Source of the DNA: Lytechinus pictus
Lineage: Eukaryota
Length of the DNA: 64,000 bases
Reading direction: 5' to 3'
Assembly: GCF_037042905.1 (NCBI RefSeq)
Contig: NC_087245.1
Location: 10,728,001 to 10,792,000, forward strand
In this document: one piece after another, positions 14,192-26,579 of the stretch
How the letters are laid out: every line of letters starts with the position of its first letter
Position numbering within the stretch: the first letter of the stretch is position 1
Position numbers and translations under genes: made by a program
The notes under the pieces: generated by a model
The model's database searches: none
What the model was told of the DNA's origin: nothing
The model's input: only the letters and a program-made list of their open reading frames with translations

Positions 14192-14780
14192 AGGGCAAGT
14201 CCACTCAAACAAAAAGTTGACTTTAATAAAAAGAGAGAAATCCAACAAGCAGAACACTGAAAATTTCATTAAAATCGGATGTAAAATAAGAAAGTTATGA
14301 CATTTTAAAGTTTTGCTTAATTTCACAAAACAGTTATATGCACATCTTGGTGGGTATGCAAATGAGGAGACTGGTGACATCATCCACTCACTATTTCTTT
14401 TGTATTTTATTAGATGAAATAGGGAATATTCTATTTTACTTCTCATCGTCAAGCAAAACAAAAATCAATTCCCCTGAACATGTGGAATGAGCAATGATTA
14501 ATACTATATGATTCAGTCAAGTTAGCCCTTATTGTCAAATCTATAAAATATGAAATATTGTATAATTCAAACAATAAAAAAAAAGAAATAGTGAGTGAGG
14601 GATACCATCGACTGTTTCATTTGAGTTGTGCATATCACTGTTTTGTGAAAAATAAGCAAAACTTTAAGATATTATAACTTTCTTATTTTACATCCGGTTT
14701 TGATGAAATTTTCAACATTTTGCTAGTTTGATTTTTCTCTATTGATTCAAATTAACATTTTTCTAGGGTGGACTTGACAT
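14192..14780. mobile_element. TTAA-flanked MITE, Kolobok-like
   Basis: TTAA at 14188-14191 and 14781-14784; long imperfect TIRs starting AGGGCAAGTCCAC / ending GTGGACTTGACAT, including GGATGTAAAATAAGAAAGTTAT and its reverse complement. Confidence 0.8.
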
Positions 14781-15697
14781 TTAAATGACATCGGTATATG
14801 CAAAATGAGCGAATACCGTAACATTATAAATCTTTGAAGTATTGAAATAAGAAATTTAACATAATAATTTTCTACCAAGTAAATCCAATTTATTGTTGAA
14901 TGCTATTTTGCTTTATATTTACTGGGAAGTTGAATTAAGTTATTGCTTTGTAGGTTTTTAGAATCTGTAGGTATTACCGATTATTCTGGTACCGAAAAAT
15001 CACATGAATACGCCTTGTTCATTCTTACGTGGCTGTCGCCAAGGGGGGGGCGACGCAGAGGATTATCCTTTGTTCATGGGGAACATCTTTTGTTGCGTCT
15101 CTTACGCCCATGGCTGTTGCTATGTTAGGTTAAACACCCTTGTATCAAGGATGTTAGAGCAGTATTTTAATCATTAAGCGCTTGCAGAAGCGCATGACAC
15201 ATGCGATCGTGTATTTCATATATGTTTAATATGATCCACAGTGTAAACCAAAGTAAACTACATATTAACTCAGTTTCATACCACAGACGCTTATGTCTCA
15301 TTTAAAAATTAGGAGGGAGGGGATACCACATCTTTAAAGACAAAAAAAGCTATCATCAGAGTAAATAGATATGCAGACGAATGAATGAATAAATAAATCA
15401 AAATAAACATCAGACGTTTACACAAACTCCCAATTTCACACTTCAGATTAATCCGGGCTACGAATCGAACGAGATCCGATTTTGGAATATAGGTTAGCCC
15501 ATGAAATCTTGCGATTATCGTAGGGTAAGAGCTTGTCTCCCAGGAAAAATGTACGATATGAAATAAAGGATGTGGTTACTGGCTCCGGAGATCCATTGTA
15601 GGCCAATTGTGACCTTGCCAATTAGGAAATGGTAATGATTAGCTTTTGTCTAAAAACATGTACCTGTTTATTCATATTTTAGAAGTACTGATATTAA

Positions 15698-16048
15698 AGG
15701 TATTGTTTAACTTTGTGAGCAGCCGATTAAAAAAAAATTGAAACCAAGATGAAACATGTGTACAAGTGCATGTATTAGAACTAATAAACCCTGAAAACAA
15801 CCATTATTGAGAATGAAAAGCTAAAACTACAAGGCAAACCCCGATTTTGTAAATAGGCGTCTTATAGACGCCTAAATAGTACACATAAGTGTATGGGATG
15901 AATTTAAGATGGTGTTTTCGGTCACTTTATATTTCAATTTTTGAAGCCCTAAATAATTATTTTCGAACGCAATTTTGTCTGGGCTTCATTTTTGTAACAT
16001 ATCACAGACACAGGTTTTTTAAAGTCAAACCAATGTTAACCAATCACT
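15698..16048 (+). mobile_element. TTAA-flanked MITE, Kolobok-like (same family as 40998-41547)
   Basis: TTAA|AGGTATTGTTTAAC ... GTTAACCAATCACT|TTAA; CTTTGTGAGCAGC...GATGAAACATGTGTA is shared with the inverted copy near 41.5 kb. Confidence 0.7.
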
Positions 16049-16784
16049 TTAAACGGGTCATAAAGTTCTTGTTATTGAAAATCTTGAAGTATTTTTTTCT
16101 TACAACTGCTTGAAGGTTTAATATATGGTAAAGGAAATATGTAATACTTACGTGTTGAGGTACGTGTAATTAAAATTTTGATTGTATATTGTAGGCTATA
16201 GACAAAAGTACGGTACCAGGAATAAATTTTAAGATGGAGCTTAAAAGGCCCATGGAGAATATTCAGATAATTGAATTGAAGGTATGGGCTGTGTGTAAAA
16301 TAACGAATTCACAGAAATCATCTCGTAGATGTATATTGTCTCGAGTAGGCTTTTTATCTTTAAGAAGACTTTTAAAGCAATTAGTTGAGACTACATTTTC
16401 ATGAGACTATTTTCGTCGTTGGTAGTTTGATTTTATCCCTTTTCATCTGTCTGACATGATCAGTAAAAGGTTAACCAAACCGTGGTGATGCAGTAGATAT
16501 CGATTAGAATCAAGAGATTCTCGACAACATTTCAAACTAATATATAGCGAAAGATTGACGTAAAAAGTTAAACAAATATAGTTCGACATGGTGCGGGTCA
16601 TAAACTGCACTCGTTTATGATTAATTGGGGGTGTGTTTGTGTGTGTTAGGGAGGGTGTATGTGTGTCTCTTAAGACGAGATCAAAGTACATCTAAGGGAG
16701 ATATGAATATAGTAATTAGTTCAACTACTTCCAAAACAGCTCATTCTCCTTGACTTTCCTTAAAATATCTACCCCACCCCTCTT

Positions 16785-16885
16785 TGCCTTTCTTTCCTAC
16801 TTTCTTCCTTTCCCTTTTCTTCCTTTCCTTCTTTTTTATCTTTCTTTCTTTCTTTCTTTTTTTTTCTTTCTTTCTTTCTTTCTCC
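16785..16885. repeat. CT-rich / (CTTT)n low-complexity tract
   Basis: Polypyrimidine run with CTTT units. Confidence 0.85.
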
Positions 16886-18982
16886 CTGCGTGTGTGTGCT
16901 TGTATTTGATTTTTTTTGTTTCAATACTGATGGCTTATATTTTTTCAAAGAAGAGCACGTAAAAATAATCATTGATTATTATATATACGATGGCTAATTC
17001 TTCTTGTATGACATGTATGAGGATTAGTGGATATTGCGTAGGAATAAATTGATTAATTAATTTTGGGAATAAATCAAGTAATGAAATAAATGCCAAATTG
17101 GCGGTGAAACTGTGAATCACCTATAAAGTTAATTTGGTTTGGCTCCTTCATACTGTATCATTTTTTTTTTTTTTGAAACGCTGGACCGGTCAAAATTTAA
17201 TAAAGAATGAAGATAGGGTCTAAGGTCTATTAGTTTACTTTACGTCTGTCTGATTATCAGATAAATGAAAAATTTGATTCTTAAAGTGAAAATTGTCAAG
17301 TAAATGCTCAAGCAATCGTGCAGTCTTTTCCCTTTTCTATTGCAAAAATGAATTGTTACAATTAATATGAAATACATTTGATAAGATACGTGCAGTGCCT
17401 TTTCAGAGTGAATGCACAGTGTATTCCTGTATTGCAAATCGTGATTCGTGTGCAATGGCACACCAAAGCGACGGTATCTTCAGCGAGGGTGAAAAATATC
17501 CTTGCAGTACATTGGCCAAGGTCGTAATATCTTTCCGACCTCATCTCAGGGAATGTATGAATCTAATATGACGTCTTGATATGAGGTAACACGTAAAATA
17601 TGAATTAAACAAACACCTTTGTTGATGGAGTCTCGTGATAGAAACGAGCCCTATTGTTTTCGACGTTGGTTGGTATCATGATCTTTGGGGGATCGTGTAG
17701 CTGAAAAGGTTAGCTGAATCAAACTTCATCAACGGATAAGCTGGAGGGCATTACGGTAATTCTGAGGATATGATCCTTGATTAGATTTTGATGACGCGAA
17801 GTGAAATTACACTGCGGCTTAATATCCATCTTAACCTGACGAGTGGCGCACTATTGCTTTGTCATGATTCATGTTCTTGCCTTGTGTTCACCGAACTGCT
17901 TTCCGCCTCTCTGTCAAAGCGTGTTGTGTAAACCCGTGTGGTGATGGTCTTCACACTTTTTTGTTCGGGGAATAGAGAGAGGTAGGTGTGTAAGAAGACA
18001 ACTGGTCATATGATTTTATATAAAGCGTTAAAAGGCAACCGGAAATATCCGTTCAGACGTCTGTCTAGTCACCAACTGCACCTCTAGTGGTTGTCGTGTT
18101 TTATCAACTGTCATGACAGCATATCCCGTCCCAATGAACATAGGATGTAATATGACCTTATAGATACAGGTATAAATGAATTCACACCTTTCGCTTAAGA
18201 GCACACAATTTCACAGGGTATTCGTCCTAGGGCATTCAAAGAAATCAGTAACCCAGTCCGTACATGCCCTTTTAAAGGCCCAAAACCAGATGGATGCATG
18301 CATTCGCTACCAAACATGTATAATGATAGCATTTCTTACAGGTAAACGGAGTTAGAGATACGTATTGCATGGGCCTTTTGATATTAGCCCTCGCAAGGAG
18401 ATATCCTTTGAATCTTATTTTTCTTTTATTTTCATTTTAAGTTATGCACTGTTTCCGGAAAATAAGGTATTTTGCTGCCTATTTCATACAAATGTAAGCA
18501 TGCAAACACCATTTCTTAATATTTTTAAGTATGTAGGCAGATGATAGTCAGTCGGAACCTGATTTCCTGAGAAGTCGTAATAATATTAGGCCTAACATGT
18601 GGGCAAAAACCAAGGCCCTGAACACAACTCCAATGTTTTTCAACAAAGGAAATGGGATCTTTTCAACGTCTGTTTCAATTCACGCACATATATTTCGATT
18701 TATTCTACATGTTTACTTTGTTGCCAATTTAATTTCTGTTTTTCTTCTGCAAATCATTACATGGGTATTGGTGTTAAATATTGTGTATGTGTGCGTGTGT
18801 GAGGGTGTGTGCAATAGTGTGCTTGTGTGTATTTCTGTGTGTAAATATGAAGGTGATGTGTGTGTGTGAGAGCCGTGTACAAAATTACACCTTGTCTTTC
18901 TCTAAATTCATGAGAAGAGTAAAATTTGGTAACATGTGAAGGGGACAAGTGCACTTTAGTTCAAATACTTTCTTTAACCCAA

Positions 18983-19178
18983 CACTCTTAAAAACGTTGG
19001 GCAACATACGGTCCACACAACAATTGGTTAAAACTTTATCAAATTCTGAGTAGCTTTAAACCAATAATGTGTGCTTTTGGTGAAAACTACACAGTATTGG
19101 TTGAAAACTACCCAGAGTTGGATAATGTTTTAACCAATTGTTGTGTGGACCGTATGTTGCCCAACGTTTTTAAGAGTG
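18983..19178. mobile_element. CACTA/EnSpm-like MITE
   Basis: ~50-bp perfect TIR CACTCTTAAAAACGTTGGGCAACATACGGTCCACACAACAATTGGTTAAAAC; 2-bp TSD AA. Confidence 0.85.
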
Positions 19179-21700
19179 AATGATAGTTGAAATGAAGAAA
19201 ATGAATCACTTTTAATATGAATCTGCGATATCAAGTATTTCGTGTCTTTATAATAATTCAATAAAAAAAAAGCCTGAACAAAGAAGCAGAACATTGCACA
19301 AATTTCTGAGTGTAGAAGTTAAAGTTGACAGGTCAGCCTTCATCGAAGGTGGCAGTTTTCATTCTGGAATCTACTGATAATAGCTACATGCAAAATGGGT
19401 TAATATTCCACCGCAATCGTGATTCATAGTAACATTATGATGGTTGTGCATGCAAAGAAAACAGGCCAACAAAAATGTGGTCAATCCATGTCAGGTGCAT
19501 GTTCCCTTCAACGAAACCTAATCTTTGACTTATCAGACTTGTCGACATTCCCCCCTCAGAACTGTGTTGCATTAAACCAGTTTCACACGTTTGCAATGAA
19601 ATAAGGCACCTTGCCATGGGCAGGATAGGGTGTGCCTTGGAAAACTCAGAAAGAATCCCTTCGTTATTTGAATCCCGCAAGACATTATATAAGGCAGCTT
19701 AATTCTGAAAATTGAAAAACAGCAACTGCATGGGTTTCATTATCAACGCTTCCAATCCTTCCCCACTTCCCTGGAGAACAGACTGAAACATTTCACCATT
19801 TACATCAGCTGACATATACGATGCGATCATCGTATGGCTGGGGAGTAATTTGTCGTCATAAATAAAGTATGAATATAGTCTTGTACCAAATGCGTGATTG
19901 GTAGGAAACATCAATTCGTCAGTAGCACAATTGTAGGCTTAGTATTTTACATTTACCTCTATATTCGCCGGCCTTTTGTTCATTACGCGGCAAGGGAGAG
20001 TAATCTTAGAGAATACGACACAGTGAAATACGTTTATTTTAAAAATTCTCAATTCATTGTTAGAGGATATTAAAGATCTCAAGAGGTATGAAAAATGCAT
20101 TCGAAAAGAAAATTTGATGGTAAAATTTACGCAATAAGAAGCTGATAATACATAGGTAAGGCCCTTATATTTTATAGATCCTTTTTTTTTGGTAAAACCA
20201 AATCATGGAATGGGATAAGAGTCTAGCATGTGCAGTCAATGTCATGCAGCGTTCCGATGTTCAATTGGCCTGAATATAGTTATAATAATCGAAAAACGTT
20301 TATTAAGAGAATAAATAAAAGTGAATCTCGTTTTGTGCTTTAAATGAGTGGTCACGTTTTACTGATCTATCAAGTGCTGTGTAGTGCATCTGATAAAAGC
20401 ATTAATCTTCTGTATTTATTACGTGTTATCTCCTGCATTACTTAGAAACTTGATCCTTTTACTTTTCAGTATACATAAAGCAATACTTTTCTTTCTGTAC
20501 ATATATTTATCCCGATGCGAAATTAATTATTAAAACATTTTGTTTCATTTATTCATAATCAAGATTACACCAACACATACTCACAATTACCGAGAACAAT
20601 AACATAGACAAAGGGATATCAATTAAAAATGACAGTATTTGAACAAGTAGAGGGATTATGGACGCATGAAGTAAAGATGTCAACCTGTAAAGCAGGAGAA
20701 ATGGGGGGGGGGGGGGTTAGAAAACATTCATTCCCTTTCTCTGCACGAAACGCAACGAAGCTGACGCTCTTCAATAAAACAAGATAAATCATATTTTTCC
20801 AGCGCAGTCCATTGTCTTCGTTGAAGACAAGATGACATGGCAGAAAATAGTCAATTGTTATAATGCACCATAATTAAGACGAAAAGTATTTTAAGTCACA
20901 ATCTGTGTTCATGCTAAATATTGAGTCCTGGTTGGGTTGATTTTTGCGTGTATCTCTTTAAATTATAATGAAAAGTTGTTGAATAGTCCTTGGGGTACCG
21001 TAACAATCCTTTCATCTTATCAAAACTATCCAAAACGGATACTGACTAACTTTGCAATTTCCCTTGTGTACTTCACTTCCTGACGATGATATTGGTCTCT
21101 CCTTCATCATATATCTTCAAAGATGTCAAATTTGGCGTTTTATGTTGGAAATGGAAAATAAAAGGGATGCATGAATAGCGTGTTTATAAATTACACTGAC
21201 GATATTGCAAGTACGCTTAATTTATAGTTGTCTTTGGATATCAAATCTGCTTCAAGAATATTTGTTATAAATTGTTATCTTACCCTTATAAAGAATAGCC
21301 CAGAGATATTGTCTATGGCTGGTTTGGATTTCAACCGCTGTTGACATAATCCGCCAGCATTATGTAGTATAGGTAAGGTATCGAAGGACATTCTATGAAA
21401 AAGTCAAGAGTCCTTCAAAATAACATAACACATTCCTCTGGCGTCGGTAATTTGATGCAGTACGAGACATACCACAATCCTCTTCTTGATTAAAAAAAAT
21501 GGAAACCCAAAGACTAAAAAAATCCCTCCATTAACTATCTTGACGACCATTTTAAATAACTTAAAAAAATCTATATTCGAACTTTCTGCATTATTGTCTA
21601 TCCGTAACACAGGTAAATCATTTTGAGTTTTTGACTTGTATTTTGTTCAAAGCCTCGCCTATTCTTTTATATATAAAAAAGGAAATATTGTTTATATAAA

Positions 21701-21772
21701 GTCTCGCCCATATTTGGATTCGAACCCGCAACTTTCGTTTAGTAAGCGCATGGATTTTCCCATGGCGCCACC
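21701..21772 (-). pseudogene. Degenerate tRNA-like sequence (probably a tRNA-SINE head)
   Basis: Minus strand has A-box-like TGGCGCCATGG and B-box GGTTCGAATCC at tRNA-like spacing; cloverleaf stems pair poorly. Confidence 0.5.
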
Positions 21773-22384
21773 CTGACAATTGACTCAGTCGATCGCTGCC
21801 AATTAGGCTACTTTATAGCTTTAAGATTTATGTGAACATCCATGATGTGTAGACGGGGGTGTAGACTTTGACCCTAAACCCTATTCTGCCGCAGGGAAGA
21901 AAAGTTTGTAGGGAACGAAAATGGCTTTCCGAGACAACAAACAGGACAAACCAGAGAACACTTAGACATCAATACCCTATTACGGTTCTCAATGAGATTG
22001 ACCATTGCAACGGGATATGTGTTGGATTCGCTCACTTTTAATCTATTCCATTATTTTGTCAAATTAATTTCCCAACGTGTGAACATGTTTATATAGGATT
22101 TAACATAGATTACCGCTGACAAGATGGATGTTTTCAATCTCCGGCCTTAGAAAGGCGACATACGTGACTTCCGGACGTTCTCAGTAAATTCTACGACATA
22201 AGGTAAAGGAGTGAGAGGTAAAACGTAATTAAAGACGACGATCCTGTAAGTAAAATATTCTTATTTCAAGGAGATCATGCTGTAAGGCGTGTTGATTCAA
22301 TATTCAAATACTTTGTATGTTCATTGTAAGTTGATGGATTACTACCTCATCCCCAGAACATGGGCATGAATACTCTCAACAGAA

Positions 22385-24923
22385 GCCGGTGTAGCGGCGG
22401 ATTTGGTTCCACCGGCGGATACCGTATCCGCCGGCAGATATCGTTCTAAATGGCCGATATCGTTTTTAATCGGAACCATATCCGCCGGGTTTGACGCGGC
22501 TTGATGTTTGCAGATTTGGTTCCTCGGCGGATTTGGTTCTATTGATTATACGTGTAATATTGATTTGGACAGACAACCTCGGCAGCGCGCGCATGCGCGG
22601 CTCGGCAATGTCGATCGCAATGCATGGGGGGGGGGGGGATTTTCGTCCGCCTTTAGTGAATTTTTATTCAGGGGCGGATCCATACAGCTTTTGACAAAGG
22701 GCTCGATGGGGGTGAGGATTAATAGGAGAAATAATGTCTCGATATGTATTACGTAGACCTAGCTGACACATACGCAAAACTATGCTATTTATTATTATAA
22801 GATTTTGATGAAATTTTCATCATTTTGTTTTGTGAATTTTTATACTATTTTCAGTCCGCAGTATGCATCTATCTCTTTAACTGTGCTTTTTCACACCATG
22901 TTTAGTGTCAGTTTGCCAGACTGTTTGGCGAAAATTTGCACCCCCATATAGGCCTATAGGTTTTTGAAACTACAAATTTTTAGAAAAATTTCAACAAGTT
23001 AAAATTTTCATATTTCAAATAAATGATTCAAATTAGTGTATGAAAATATTTTTTTTGCTGTTAACTCATATTATTGCTTGTAGAATGCTAATTTTTGGTG
23101 AAAACATAAATTTTTTTATTTCTAACAAACATAAAAAAGGAATGTCAGAACATGATTAATTTCTTATGTAGTTTATTGAAGGCCTATTTTTAAATTTTCA
23201 TGTATTTTTTTTATTTGTTTTTTTTATTCTTTTTTTTTCAATGTTAAGGAATCTGAATTAATTCATTTGATTTGATTTGATTTATGGTTTTTTCTGCATC
23301 CATGGAACATTCGTATAATACATTTTCCATAACATAATAAACATAATATTATGTTAGCATTTTTGGCATGAATCATAAATAAAGTGTACAAAAAAAATTA
23401 TTCCAGACAAAAATGATAAACTACCACATTATTATACGATATTCACAATTTGCAGGAGAAGGATTGTCATCATAAGCAGATTGCTTGAAGAAAAATGACA
23501 ATCCCAAACTAAAACTAATTAAATTAATTTATGCATTTATAAAGCCGAATGGGCATATATATTTTTAAATACGAAACATCAATTCATGCAATATTTTTAG
23601 TATGAAGATGAAGATGATAAAGGTGAGGGTGACGGTGATATGATGATGATGATGATGATTGAAGGGGACCGGAAGATCACCCTGACAAAAGTTAGATACG
23701 CCACGTACTGTTTGGTGCTCCCTAATTTACCTCTCAGTCATCTAATTTTAAGATCAATATGGGATCTTTAGTGAAATATAATTTCTCCTTTATATCTTTT
23801 GTTTCTTTTACTTTACCCCCTCCTGGTTTTCATCTCTTTATTTTTTTTGCCTTTCTTTCTGTCCCTGCTCATTTCGCCCCTTTTGCCTCTTTTCCAGTTT
23901 CCTATATCGTTCTTGCACATTATGAATATATCTGGGGCGTATACGCGTGGGTAATATAGCACCAAAAAGGAGAAATAGAAAGAGGAAGGGGAGGGAGAGA
24001 AAAATAGAAAAAATATACGAGAAAATGTGGAGGAAATAATAGTAATACATTGGAATTTCGTAATTCAAGAATTTCATTTGCAGTGATCATTATTTATACA
24101 AATTTATACAAATACTGATTTTAATTATCGAAACTGCCATTGTTTGTCTTTATTTAATACTCTGTATTAATCATAATTGATGCATATTGTGCCCAATTTA
24201 TCCCCAAAATTGTGATAAGAAGGACTTTTCATACTGCAATAAATTAATAGGTATAAAATAAATTAACAAATGCATGTTATTAGACTACAAGCATTATCAT
24301 ATCATGGGGTAAATTCTTTGTATACTAGTAGTGCAGTAGACATTGAAAGTTGAATGAAGACTAAATGTGGACTATTTAAAGACCCAGACCAGACCCCAAA
24401 AGTTGACAAATCAGTCAAATCGAAAGCTATTAATTCAAACTAAAAACAGAAATGCAAGTTTTATGCAGTCATCGCTTACAGCTGAATATTTTGCTTAAGA
24501 ATAACTCCAATTATCGGGTTTCGAAAATATACTTTCTTGTAAATATGCTTTCACCGGCCTCGCACCGAGACCGTGACGTCATGTAGTGTTAGAAGTGGTG
24601 TAATTCCCGTAGAGTTGTAACAAGAAAATGGGTTATTTTCCAATTTCAGATTACGCATTTTATTTCTTCACTTCTATCACATAGAGATATCATAAATATA
24701 TTTTTCTGCAAGCTTTAATTGATGAAATCTACCGCTTTTTGACTAGTTTTCTCGTACTACGTGACGTATGTGAATGAAGGATATCGCGATAGCCCAAGAA
24801 CGATATCTTCCGAAGAGAGTGGCCTTTTTTGGTACTGAATCCGCCGGAGTAGAACACGATCCGCCGGCGGATTTTGTGCCTAGAACAGTATCTGCCAGGC
24901 GCAGGATCCGCCGGTACACCGGC
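22385..24923. mobile_element. Unclassified 2.5-kb non-autonomous TIR element
   Basis: Ends GCCGGTGTAGCGGCGGAT / ATCCGCCGGTACACCGGC; multiple subterminal GGCGGAT/ATCCGCC motifs at both ends; AT-rich interior; no TSD seen. Confidence 0.7.
23262..23510 (-). mobile_element. LINE 3'-end remnant nested in the 22385-24923 element
   Basis: (ATTTG)n tail at ~23265-23283 and stem-loop GGATTGTCAT...ATGACAATCC, the same layout as the 3' end of the LINE at 30.1-30.3 kb. Confidence 0.4.
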
Positions 24924-25407
24924 CATTCTAATACCTTACTGCATTGCTCATGGGCATTGATAGTCTAAGGTCTTCTTGTATATACATATTCAAATTAGAT
25001 GCAGGTTCTGCTATTTCCGAGTCTGGTGAGCCTGTTTTCATTGAGACTCGGCTAGCACTCTGATACCATTTGAAATAAATTTTAATCATTCGGTCAAAAA
25101 TAAAAAAAAAAGTTTTATAGATTCAATCTTCTATTGATTGATGTGAAGAAGGTAAAAATATAAATTGTCTTTATGTCTTTATATAGATGTGTATTTAAAG
25201 ATTTTTTTTTATATTAAGAAAAATGTGCACTATATACACAAAGTGACATGTGAGCGAGATGATTATTGGGTAGGTTTATTTCAATTCATTTCATCTTAAA
25301 GCCAATGAAAGAAAACTCTGTACAAGTAAGAAAAAAAAATTAGTAGTCAATATCATATGCATGTCACGTGAAGGAAAGCTTGGAAATTGACATCAATGAC
25401 TATTCGT

Positions 25408-26400
25408 AAACAAGTGGAGCGCCTCTGGCAGTCTCGCCTGTATTACGTAATTCGATATAGCATCAGTGCTGCCTTTGAAAACAGCTAATTAATAATTATT
25501 CACAGCAGAAAACACTAATGTGATAATAAAATGTTATGTTCATTGACCCAAAATGACCTTCGCCCATGATCATGTAACCTAAGACATGTGCAAAACAATA
25601 ATTCATACTTTATTACCCTGCTCATAGGGCATTCAGGGATGTTCTTGTGTCCAAGTTTCATGAACTATAAGATTTAAAAGTTATGATGGCAATTCTTCAA
25701 ACACCCCCAACATGGCCAAAGTTCGTTGACCCTAAGTGACCTTTGACCTTAGGCATGTGACCTGAAACTCGCACATAGTAGTCAGGGGTTTATGGTTGCT
25801 CTTATGTCCTAGTTACATGAACTAGATCTATAAACTTTTAAAGTTATGATGCCAATTCCTCAAATAACCCCAACATGGCCAAAGTTCATTGACCGTAAGT
25901 GACCTTTGCCCTTAATCATGTGACTTGAAACTCGAGCGAGATCTTAAGTGATGCACTATTACCCTTATGTCTAAGTTTCATGAACTAGGTCAATATAATT
26001 TCTAAGCTATGATGAAATTTCAAAAACTTAACCTTGGTTAAGATTTCGATATTGAGTCCACCAACATGGTCTAAGTTCATTGAATCTAAATGACCTTTGA
26101 ACTTAGTCATGTGACCTGAAACTCAAGCAGAATCTTTGGTGATACTCGATTATCCTTATTTCCAAGTTTCATGAACTAGTATAGGTTTATATACTTTCTA
26201 AGTTATGATGCCAATTCAACACATACTCCCAACACAGCCACAGTTCATTGACCTTTAAATGACCTTTGATCTTGACCATGTTCCTGGAATGCGCATAGGG
26301 TGTTCAGGGATGTTCTTATGCCCAAGTTTCGTGAACTAGATCTATAAACTTTTGAAGTTATGATAACAATACCTCAAATAACACCAACATGGCCAAAGGT
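25408..26400. repeat. Array of ~5-6 diverged 155-190-bp units, probably the body of a Helentron-like non-autonomous element
   Basis: Recurrent CCAACATGGCCAAAGTTCATTGACC...TGACCTTTGACCT...CATGTGACCTGAAACTC...AAGTTTCATGAACTAG (anchors 25707, 25870, 26061, 26229, 26384); begins AAACAAGTGGAGCGCCTCTGGCAGTCTCGCC. Confidence 0.8.
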
Positions 26401-26430
26401 GACAAATGAATATCAAAGAAACAAATAGCC

Positions 26431-26579
26431 CAGAGGCCGCGGAACGGTTTTCAAAGTGGGAGGGGGGGGGCTGACCATGCAAAAAATCACAATCATATTG
26501 TCATTTTTACGTTTTTGTATACGGTTTTGGAAAAAAGTGGGGGGGGGGGGGCTGAAGCCCCTCGCTTCCGCGGCCCCTG
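26431..26579 (+). mobile_element. ~150-bp MITE with 5-bp TSD, copy 1
   Basis: TIR CAGAGGCCGCGGAA / TTCCGCGGCCCCTG; TAGCC on both sides; second copy at 52842. Confidence 0.85.

Noticed and set aside
21701..21772. Functional tRNA gene (also 53651-53716)
   Set aside because: A and B boxes are present but the acceptor and anticodon stems do not pair properly
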